64,000 nucleotides of DNA from an uncultured Halobacteria archaeon. Lineage in GTDB: Bacteria > Pseudomonadota > Gammaproteobacteria > UBA9214. The position numbers were made by a program, and so were the translations under genes. Below the pieces are notes generated by a model. It was not told where the DNA came from and ran no database searches. It was given only the letters and a program-made list of their open reading frames with translations. The first letter of the stretch is position 1, and every line of letters begins with the position of its first letter. Positions 9,921 to 17,542 of the stretch are shown one piece after another. The DNA lies in NCBI GenBank assembly GCA_963768575.1, contig CAVYIJ010000007.1, positions 45,945 to 109,944 on the forward strand, given 5' to 3'.

Positions 9921-10298
9921 TTATTGCAAGTTAATAGTGACGCCAATTGCATTGTTGACGGCGTTGTTGTTGCCTGTGACCACGTTGAACAGGCCGACAC
10001 CGCTGAACTCACCCAACGCACCTTCCGCGAAGCTGGCATTGCCGCTCGTCATCGTGCCGACATTGAAACTGCTGCCTGTGATGCTGGCACCCAGGTCCTG
10101 GTTGCTCTGCACGGTGATTGTGGTGCTGCCTTCACGTCCCCGCACGCCACCGAGATCATCACCCTCGATACTGGTGAAGTTGCCGAATGCCTCTGCAGTG
10201 GCCGGTTCCCCGGCGTATAACGGCCCGGCCGTGATCAGTACCATACTGCTGATGGCGGCCAGTACTACCTTCGAGATCGAACTGATTTTGTCCATCAT
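9921..10298 (-). CDS. Small secreted Fap-repeat protein (FapB-like candidate nucleator/minor subunit)
   Basis: Sec signal (PLYA), DDLGGVRG motif, C-terminal GNASFAEGALGEFSGVGLFNVVTGNNNAVNNAIGVTINL resembling the Fap repeat. Confidence 0.7.
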   Translation of the reverse strand: MMDKISSISKVVLAAISSMVLITAGPLYAGEPATAEAFGNFTSIEGDDLGGVRGREGSTTITVQSNQDLGASITGSSFNVGTMTSGNASFAEGALGEFSGVGLFNVVTGNNNAVNNAIGVTINLQ

Positions 10299-10367
10299 AT
10301 CAACCTTCCTGAATTCGAGTTGTTTTCTTCGCTACTTTTATGAATTCGGTTTCAACCCCTGCAAACC

Positions 10368-10395
10368 GGGGCCGGCAGACACTGCCGCCGGCCCC
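10368..10395 (-). promoter_or_regulatory. GC-rich intercistronic stem-loop after the two Gly-rich genes
   Basis: GGGGCCGGCGG-CAGTGT-CTGCCGGCCCC on the minus strand, 20 nt after the stop at 10416, no strong U-tract. Confidence 0.55.
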
Positions 10396-10415
10396 TTCTT
10401 GCTGCAGTGTTGCTG

Positions 10416-11900
10416 TTACAGACCGCCGTTGGTGGACACACCGCCGAATGAACCGATGTTCACTCCGCTGGCTGCACCGATCGACACGCCACCCAGGGTC
10501 CCGTTGTAGAGACCGGCTGATGCGTTGATGTTGGCGATACCACCGAGTACACCACCTGCGGTGCTAACGGTAGCCGTATCGGTGGCCAACTGGCCGCCGG
10601 AAGCAAGACCGCCATTACCACCGGATGCACCGCCACCGGCGTTGCCGCCGAAGCCGCCGAATCCGCCGGCGCCGCCGTCTGCACCATCAGCAGTGTTGGT
10701 GCCATTGTTGGTTTCACCACCAACTCCACCGTCACCACCGATCGCACCATTGGCATTGTTGTTGCCGTTGCTGGTGCCGCCACCATTGCCGCCGGCTCCC
10801 GCATTGGCCATGTTGCCGCCGTTGCTGGTGCCGCCACCGTTGGCGCCGTCACCGGCATCACCACCATTGGCATTGTTGCCGCCGTTGCTGGGTCCGCCGC
10901 CGTCACCGCCGTCACCGCCGTCGGCCGTTACAACGATATCACCACCGTCGCCGCCGCCGTCGCCGCCGCCGTCACCGCCACCCAGGTTGCTGCCGCCGTT
11001 ACCGCCGTTGGCATCACCTGAACCAGCTGCAACAGAGCCGCCGTAACCGCCTGCACCACCTTCACCACCGTCAGCATCGCCGTCGGTCGTGGTGATCATG
11101 CCGCCGTCACCGCCCTCGCTGCCGTAGGCATTACCGTAGCCTTTGGCTTTTCCACCTTCACCGCCATCGCCACCGTGACCGCCGTTGGCATCGCCGTAGG
11201 TGTCGATGTCACCACCATCGCCACCTTCATAGCCGTCACCGCCGTCAGCAAGACCGCCGTCACCGCCGTCACCGCCCGAATAACCGTCACCGCCATAGGC
11301 AGCACCGATATCGATGATGGACTCACCGGTTACAGTCGCATCCAGCGTCTGGTAGGAAATGACTTCCTTGATGGTGTTGAATGCCTCACTGTTGGCCTCG
11401 GCAGTTCCACCTAGACCACCCTCCGAGTGACCACCGAAACCACCATCGCCGCTATCGCTGCTCTGGGTGCTATCTGCAGTGCTGCCCTGGTCAGTGGTGT
11501 TGTCGTTGGTCTGAGTCGACCCGGTGTCTGCCAGATCACCACCATCACCACCTTCATCGCCACCACCGTTGCCCGATACAGCGTCATCGTTGGTCTGGAC
11601 TGAGGTGTTGTTATTGTTGCTGCTGGAGGTGCTATCGCCCGTGGCGTCGCCGCCATCGGCGCTTCCGCCGCTACCGCCCTCACCACCATCGGCGTTGGCT
11701 GTTGCAGTGGAATTGACGGTGTTGGACTGCCCACCGGACATCCCCACGTAACCGTTTAAAGTTTCAGCCGCTTGAGGTGCTTCATAGACCTGGCCACCGT
11801 TAGACAAATTGAACGAATTAACGGGGTTAGCCTGTGCACCTGTCGCTGTGAACATGCACATCGACACGGCTGAACTCACAAGTAGAGTTTTGAATTTCAT
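10416..11900 (-). CDS. Secreted Gly-rich (GGxGGx) putative fibre subunit B with Fap-like C-terminal repeat
   Basis: Sec signal AQA|NPVN; long GGD/GGN/GGA tracts; C-terminus GGIANINASAGLYNGTLGGVSI; RBS AGGAG. Confidence 0.85.
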   Translation of the reverse strand: MKFKTLLVSSAVSMCMFTATGAQANPVNSFNLSNGGQVYEAPQAAETLNGYVGMSGGQSNTVNSTATANADGGEGGSGGSADGGDATGDSTSSSNNNNTSVQTNDDAVSGNGGGDEGGDGGDLADTGSTQTNDNTTDQGSTADSTQSSDSGDGGFGGHSEGGLGGTAEANSEAFNTIKEVISYQTLDATVTGESIIDIGAAYGGDGYSGGDGGDGGLADGGDGYEGGDGGDIDTYGDANGGHGGDGGEGGKAKGYGNAYGSEGGDGGMITTTDGDADGGEGGAGGYGGSVAAGSGDANGGNGGSNLGGGDGGGDGGGDGGDIVVTADGGDGGDGGGPSNGGNNANGGDAGDGANGGGTSNGGNMANAGAGGNGGGTSNGNNNANGAIGGDGGVGGETNNGTNTADGADGGAGGFGGFGGNAGGGASGGNGGLASGGQLATDTATVSTAGGVLGGIANINASAGLYNGTLGGVSIGAASGVNIGSFGGVSTNGGL

Positions 11901-11920
11901 GACCTCTTCTCCTGTTCAGC

Positions 11921-13198
11921 TTAATTGCCGATGTTGACGTTGGAATGAGCGGAAATGGATACGCCACCCAGCGTCGCGTTGTACAGCCCGGAAGAAACGT
12001 TGATGTTGGCAATACCGCCGAACGTACCGGCAGCCGTAGTCACGTCAACCGCACCGGTTGTCAGCACACCACCGGTTGCGTCACCGCCGTTACCACCAGC
12101 ACCGCCGCCACCGCCTGCACCTGCTGTACCACCGTCACCACCGGCACCACCGGCACCCGCATTGGCGATGTTGCCGCCATTGTTGGTCGTACCGCCGCCA
12201 GCACCGTTACCGCCTGCAGCACCATCGGCAGTGTTACCGCCGTTGTCGGTCGTACCACCGGCACCGCCGTCTGCGCCATCAGCAACATTCGTGCCGTTAC
12301 CGCTTGTACCACCGGCACCGCCAGCGCCACCGTTACCGCCATCCGCAGCGTTGGTGCCGTTGTTCGGCGTACCGCCGTTACCGCCATTGCCGCCGTTACC
12401 GGCCACTGAATCACCGCCGTAGCCGCCATTGGCACTACCGTCGCCGGTGGCCGAACCGCCGGAGCCGCCCGAGCTGCCTTCACCGCCATCGGCATCGCCG
12501 CCGCTGACACTGATGGTGCCGCCGCTGCCGCCGTAACCGGCGTCTGCGTCACCCTTGCCCTTGGCATAACCGCCAGCACCGCCTTCACCGCCGTCGCCAC
12601 CGTTGGCATCGCCGTTGGTCGTGATGGTGCCGCCGTCACCGCCGTGGTCTCCGTCACCGCCATCGGCATCACCGCCGTGACCGCCATGGCCACCGGATGC
12701 ACCGTTACCGCCGGTTGCACCACCAATCGTGATGCTGGCACCGGTAATCTGGGCTTCCAGGGTCTGGTAGGAAATGACTTCCACGATATCGTTGAACGAC
12801 TCACTGTTGGCTGTTGCCGTGCCGCCAGCGCCGCCCGTGGAGTTGCCGCCTGTACCACCGGCACCGGCCGTGCTGGTCTGATTACTCGTGGCCGAATCGG
12901 TCTGGGTCGTGCCATTGGTGTTTGCCTGATCGGACTCAGCAGCACTGCTGTTGGCCTGATCACTGCTGTTGCTATTGCCGCTTGTGGCATTGCTAGAACC
13001 GCTTGCCTCACCACCGTCAGCATCTCCACCATCACTCGCGCTGCCGCCATAGGCATTCGCTGTGGCTGTTGAAGTTACGTCGTTGTGTTGACTACCTCCG
13101 AAATTGAACTTGTTAGTCGGGTTGGCAGATACGCCGCAGGCGTAACTGATGCCAATTGCCAGTGCTGACACCGTCAGCAGTTTCGTTTGCTTTTTCAT
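11921..13198 (-). CDS. Secreted Gly-rich (GGxGGx) putative fibre subunit A, paralog of 10416-11900
   Basis: Sec signal VSA|NPTN; shares STATANA, ANSE.FN.I.EVISYQTL.A..TG.SI and GGIANIN.S.GLYN.TLGGVSI blocks with the neighbour; RBS GAGGAG. Confidence 0.85.
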   Translation of the reverse strand: MKKQTKLLTVSALAIGISYACGVSANPTNKFNFGGSQHNDVTSTATANAYGGSASDGGDADGGEASGSSNATSGNSNSSDQANSSAAESDQANTNGTTQTDSATSNQTSTAGAGGTGGNSTGGAGGTATANSESFNDIVEVISYQTLEAQITGASITIGGATGGNGASGGHGGHGGDADGGDGDHGGDGGTITTNGDANGGDGGEGGAGGYAKGKGDADAGYGGSGGTISVSGGDADGGEGSSGGSGGSATGDGSANGGYGGDSVAGNGGNGGNGGTPNNGTNAADGGNGGAGGAGGTSGNGTNVADGADGGAGGTTDNGGNTADGAAGGNGAGGGTTNNGGNIANAGAGGAGGDGGTAGAGGGGGAGGNGGDATGGVLTTGAVDVTTAAGTFGGIANINVSSGLYNATLGGVSISAHSNVNIGN

Positions 13199-13404
13199 TT
13201 TTTCTCCTCAGTCCACTCAAACAAAAACGTTTTTACTCAATGGAATTAAAAACCTCAGTAATGCAGTGACGACGTAGAACCCGACTGTTATGCCAGGTCT
13301 GCACGGAGATATGCGTTATTGAAGCGAAGCCACTAAATAGGGTTTGCAGGGCGTGCTTCGATAACACCATCCATTGTCATGCCTTAATCAGGTACCGTAA
13401 TACC

Positions 13405-13421
13405 AGCAAGGAATGTACCAA
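13405..13421 (-). promoter_or_regulatory. Sigma54 (-24/-12) promoter for the Gly-rich/Fap operon
   Basis: Minus strand TTGGTACATTCCTTGCT: GG-N10-GC spacing with TTGC at -12; about 200 nt upstream of the first gene; sigma54 EBP in the locus. Confidence 0.75.
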
Positions 13422-13622
13422 CAGAAATATTCAATAAACAAAACAATAAGATATCTACCAGAGTGTCGTGTTTTCTGGCGCTATCCATGAATAACCTGCA
13501 AAAAGTGATTAGCGCGCTTTACACTCTTTCGCCGGGCAAAGCTCCAGACACGCGCAATTTGATGAATCAAAGACACCCGCAGCCAGGGGCCAGAATGGTT
13601 ATTTTGTATCTATATTCATATA

Positions 13623-13635
13623 TTTCAATAGCTTG
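13623..13635 (+). promoter_or_regulatory. IHF-like site
   Basis: TTTCAATAGCTTG, one mismatch to WATCAANNNNTTR; a weaker site AAACAATAAGATA at 13441-13453. Confidence 0.4.
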
Positions 13636-14207
13636 CAGTACATATTTGTGATGTCGATTGCGTACACGAACGACCTGGAACGGGTCAAATGACATTGTTT
13701 CAACATTGTTACACCTGACAATATTGAAACTACGGCGACCACGTTTTCGGGACGAATCCGGCCACCATTACCCTGCACGCCTGACGAACTGGACGGGAAT
13801 GTGCACCAGTGTTGTTACACATTCCCTTTTATTTACTCCGAAAATGAGCGGATCGGGCTTAAATTCCTGCCTGTTAAGAATCCTGACGCAGGCCGCCTGT
13901 GGGCACCCCGATACCTGGTAACGGTTGCGGCAATGAAACGCAGCCCACTACGCGGGCATCCGGTTCGACGCCTGTCAAAGGCAATAATTGCTCGATGGCT
14001 GGAAGTTATAAAAGATGTCGCATAGTATGGTTGAATGATGTACGGCAAGTACAACAACAGCCTGCTAGTGGCGAAAACACCGCCGCACGGCTGAAATCTT
14101 GCCACAGTACTCAAGGCAATGTTGTCAGGCTGCCTGAGGAACCGATTGGGATTATTTTGATGCGAAGTCACTACTGTTGTTTTGTAATGGATCGTGGTGC
14201 GAGTTGG

Positions 14208-17200
14208 ATGCACACGGAAAAACGGGCTGTTTCCTGTACCTCACTGTGGCAAGCCTTTTTCTCATTACTGCAAAATAATAATTTTTTCCGGTCAGTAATC
14301 ATGCCTGCACTGTTGCTGGCAGGCCTGCATGGGTGCGCTACCCAGATGCAGATGGGCGATCAAAATACGCTCGTCACGGCAGCCACCGTTGGCGACAACA
14401 CCAAGGTAGCAAAACTGCTCGGCCAGGGAGTCGATGCAAATATCCAGCTGAATGATGGCACCACGGCATTGTTCATGGCAGCACAGCAAGGACACACAGA
14501 TACCGTCACGTTGCTGCTCAATGCCCAAGCCAACGTCAACGTGCTGGGTTATCGTGGCGCGACACCGTTACTCATTGCCGCTACGACCGGTCACACGGAC
14601 ATCGTCGACCTGCTCGTCAAGCGTGGCGCCACCGTGGATATTCCACGTGAAGATCAAGCCACGCCCCTGTTCATGGCGGCACAGGGCGGTTATGTGAACG
14701 TCGTGAACCTCCTTATAGATGCAGGCGCATATCCGGACAAGCTCGCATACAAGGGAGCAACTGCGTTGTTCATTGCAGCCCAGAACGGACATCACCCGGT
14801 TGTCCAGGCACTTGCAGTCAAAGGCGCAGATGTAAACCTGGGCCTGGAGGACGGCACGACACCGCTCCTCGCAGCAGCGCTGAAAGGACACATGAGTGTC
14901 AGCAGGGTTCTGCTGGAGCATGGCGCCAGGCCGGATACTGCAAATAACCGCGGCATGACACCAATGCTGGCTGCTCGTCAGGAAGGTCACCCGGAATTGT
15001 CGGCATTACTCGGCAGGGCACTGGCATCGCCCGCGCTGGCAGGCACCAAAACCGGCCCGGCACCGGAAATCCAGTCCGCCCCGGTTGTTGAGGAAACGAC
15101 CGGTGCAGTTGCTGCAATGTCATCCGGTCAGCCCGTGCCTGCTGAAAGCGCCGAAACGCGAGTCGTGGCCGAGGTAAGACAAATACCGGGTACAAACACT
15201 GATGCCGCGTCAACGGCAACAACTGCTTCTGCCGCGTCAACGGCAACAACCGCTTCTGCCGTGTCAACGGCAACAACCGCTTCTGCCTCGACAAGCGGCA
15301 CGACACCGCATGAAGCGGCCGTAAAAACGGAAGAATCACCTGCCGGCACAGACCAACCGTCATCCGGCCCAATGCAGGCAGCAACAGTGACGACCGTAAG
15401 CGGCGTGCCTGCTTCAAAGGATAACGACAATACCGCGCCGGTACCGGCACCTGTCACAGAACGGGTAACCGACAGCACTGCGGGCACCGACAAACAAGTT
15501 GCACCGTCCACCGCCGCCTCATGGCGACCTGAAACACCGGCGTCGCAGGTAGCCGGTGACACTGCACCAAAAGACAGCCAGCCCACCGTCAAGCCGTCCG
15601 CTCCGGAACCAACAACTGTCGCGCAGCAGGCGGCCGCCCGGAAAGCCGGTGACGGACCGCAAGCTGCACCGGCAACCGCCGCAACCTGGCAGCCTGAAAC
15701 ACCGGCGTCGCAGGTAGCCGGTGACACTGCACCAAAAGACAGCCAGCCCACCGTCAAGCCGTCCGCTCCGGAACCAACAACTGTCGCGCAGCAGGCGGCC
15801 GCCCGGAAAGCCGGTGACGGACCGCAAGCTGCACCGGCAACCGCCGCAACCTGGCAGCCTGAAACGCCGGCGTCACAGGTAGCGGCCGACGCCGTTCCAG
15901 AAGTCAAACAGGCCGCCGGCAAGCCGGCCGCTCCGGAACCGACCGCGGTCGCGCAGCAGGCGGCCGTCGTGAAAAGCGGTGATGGACCAACAACTGCACC
16001 GGCAACCGTCGCCACGCAACCGGCTGAAAAGCCGGTGCAGCAGGCATCCGGCAAAACCATGCCTGCAACTCCGCAACCGGCACCGAGTAAAATCACCGTA
16101 GCCGGCAAACCGGCTACTGACGAAAAGATTGTGTATATGAAGCCAACGCCGCCCGAGCCCGTGAAAACCGGCGAACGTACCGAACGAGAGGCAGCGACCG
16201 TTGGCGCTGCGCCTGCTGCCGCGAATAAACCAGTGCAAAAAAAGAGAGACGATGGACCCGCTACCATAACAAAACCGGCAATAAAAACTCCGCCGGTAGA
16301 ACTGGCACAGGAAAATTCCGCGAGTATGGAAAATACCATCGCGACAGCTGAACGTGCCGACGAGGACAACACCAGCCCGGTCAGCAGTGCCGTCAGCAAA
16401 AGGTCGACCGACTCACCGGTCGCTTCCAAAACAGAAACAATCGTTGCGAACGTAGACAAGAATAAGGATGAACCGCGCACCGAACCTGCGCAGGCACCGG
16501 ACCTTGCAACTACCGGAACCGCCAAAACCCGCCTGGCTGCAATCGAACTCGAGAGCGACGATCTACAGGTGCGCGCCACAACCAGCAGAAAAATTCTTCG
16601 CGAGGAAACAACTCCCGCAGAGACAGTTAAAAAAGTAATAAAGGGACTGGACGAGGACGAGGAATCCGGACTGGCGGATACCGGTGCCGCGACAATCCAG
16701 AAGCAGTTCACCCGTAAAAATTTCGATGCGAACAAGCATGTGAAGCCGATGCAGGGTAACTTCATCGTCATAAAACCAACGGATATCTATACATCACCTC
16801 AATGGCATGCCTCCAGGTTCAGGAGCCTTGCATCCGGACGTAAAGTAGAGGTCAACGGTTACGTGCAGGGCGGAAAATGGTTTCGTATCAAGTATGCCGG
16901 CGGGGATGGTTACGTCCCGGTACGGCGGCTGAGGGAGATCAGGGACGAAACAACCGGGGAACCGGCCTCCGCGGAGATAAGTGCTGAAACCCTGAAGCGG
17001 AAAATAAACGTTCTTCCGGAAGGTACTTCGGAGCAGCACTACAAATTTGCCATGAATATGTTCCAACTCGGTGAATACACAACGGCTACCCAGGCATTTT
17101 CGGAATTTGTTGAATTACATCCGCATGACTCGAAGGCGCCCAGCGCCATTTACTGGCAGGGCATGTCGTACTACGTCAAGCAAAACTATTCGCAGGCTGC

Positions 17201-17408
17201 TTCCAGTTTCATGCTTCTCTACAAGAGTTTCCCAAGGGACAATAAAGCCGCGGAGGGCCTGCTCAAGTTGAGTAATTCCCTGCACGCACTGGGCAAGCAG
17301 GAAGCCGCCTGTACAGCCCTGGAACAGTTGCGTAATGAATACCCGGGATCCTATCTACGCCTTAAACGTGAAATATATAACAGCGGGGCGGATGCGGGAT
17401 GCTCCTGA
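14208..17408 (+). CDS. Putative lipoprotein: 7 ankyrin repeats, long Ala/Pro/Thr linker, SH3-like domain, CpoB/YbgF-like TPR domain
   Basis: LLLAGLHGC lipobox-like (Cys codon 14334); TPL/TALF.AA..GH..VV.LL repeats; GKWFRIKYAGGDGYV; YWQGMSYY..QNYSQAA...KAAEGLLKL. Start uncertain (13899-14301). Confidence 0.8.
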   Translation: MHTEKRAVSCTSLWQAFFSLLQNNNFFRSVIMPALLLAGLHGCATQMQMGDQNTLVTAATVGDNTKVAKLLGQGVDANIQLNDGTTALFMAAQQGHTDTVTLLLNAQANVNVLGYRGATPLLIAATTGHTDIVDLLVKRGATVDIPREDQATPLFMAAQGGYVNVVNLLIDAGAYPDKLAYKGATALFIAAQNGHHPVVQALAVKGADVNLGLEDGTTPLLAAALKGHMSVSRVLLEHGARPDTANNRGMTPMLAARQEGHPELSALLGRALASPALAGTKTGPAPEIQSAPVVEETTGAVAAMSSGQPVPAESAETRVVAEVRQIPGTNTDAASTATTASAASTATTASAVSTATTASASTSGTTPHEAAVKTEESPAGTDQPSSGPMQAATVTTVSGVPASKDNDNTAPVPAPVTERVTDSTAGTDKQVAPSTAASWRPETPASQVAGDTAPKDSQPTVKPSAPEPTTVAQQAAARKAGDGPQAAPATAATWQPETPASQVAGDTAPKDSQPTVKPSAPEPTTVAQQAAARKAGDGPQAAPATAATWQPETPASQVAADAVPEVKQAAGKPAAPEPTAVAQQAAVVKSGDGPTTAPATVATQPAEKPVQQASGKTMPATPQPAPSKITVAGKPATDEKIVYMKPTPPEPVKTGERTEREAATVGAAPAAANKPVQKKRDDGPATITKPAIKTPPVELAQENSASMENTIATAERADEDNTSPVSSAVSKRSTDSPVASKTETIVANVDKNKDEPRTEPAQAPDLATTGTAKTRLAAIELESDDLQVRATTSRKILREETTPAETVKKVIKGLDEDEESGLADTGAATIQKQFTRKNFDANKHVKPMQGNFIVIKPTDIYTSPQWHASRFRSLASGRKVEVNGYVQGGKWFRIKYAGGDGYVPVRRLREIRDETTGEPASAEISAETLKRKINVLPEGTSEQHYKFAMNMFQLGEYTTATQAFSEFVELHPHDSKAPSAIYWQGMSYYVKQNYSQAASSFMLLYKSFPRDNKAAEGLLKLSNSLHALGKQEAACTALEQLRNEYPGSYLRLKREIYNSGADAGCS
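15207..15287 (+). repeat. 3 x 27-nt coding tandem repeat (ASTATTASA)
   Basis: gcgtcaacggcaacaacYgcttctgcc three times, the third starting gtg. Confidence 0.85.
15528..16022 (+). repeat. 165-nt (55-aa) coding tandem repeat, two identical copies plus one diverged
   Basis: cctgaaac.ccggcgtc starts at 15528, 15693 and 15858. Confidence 0.9.
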
Positions 17409-17542
17409 ATGCCGCAATAGCTGCCTGTCTTCCGCCCTCGTTACTTATTTCTGCAGCAGTTTAATTTCCGGCAACACACCGGCCTGGCCTTCGACAGGTC
17501 GAGGCGTCCGGCAGCGAGCCCGGCGCTGTAACCCGAAGGCCC

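Noticed and set aside
8428-10298. Bacteriocin/RiPP cluster (C39 peptidase plus double-glycine motifs)
   Set aside because: The peptidase is stand-alone with a signal peptide; there is no ABC transporter, HlyD or modifying enzyme; substrates have Sec signals; a FapF-like barrel is present.
10460-13072. Pro-rich, His/Arg-rich and Ala/Val/Thr-rich ORFs overlapping the Gly-rich genes
   Set aside because: Alternate-frame and antisense readings of GGC/GGT codon runs; only the Gly frames have RBSs, signal peptides and paralogous conserved blocks.
10416-13198. Mycobacterial PE_PGRS or RTX toxin assignment
   Set aside because: No PE domain, Sec signals instead of type VII or type I signals, and no T1SS genes; the resemblance is compositional only.
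13199-13394. c-di-GMP or other riboswitch in the long 5' UTR of the fibre operon
   Set aside because: No recognisable GEMM or other aptamer motif by eye; an Infernal/Rfam scan would be needed.
14069-14083. Second sigma54 promoter for the ankyrin gene (TGGCGAAAACACCGC)
   Set aside because: GG-N10-GC spacing fits, but the -12 element lacks TT and the -24 element is weak.
15207-16022. Possible CRISPR array
   Set aside because: Units are 27 and 165 nt, contiguous, in frame and spacer-less; no cas genes. No CRISPR array was seen anywhere in the window.
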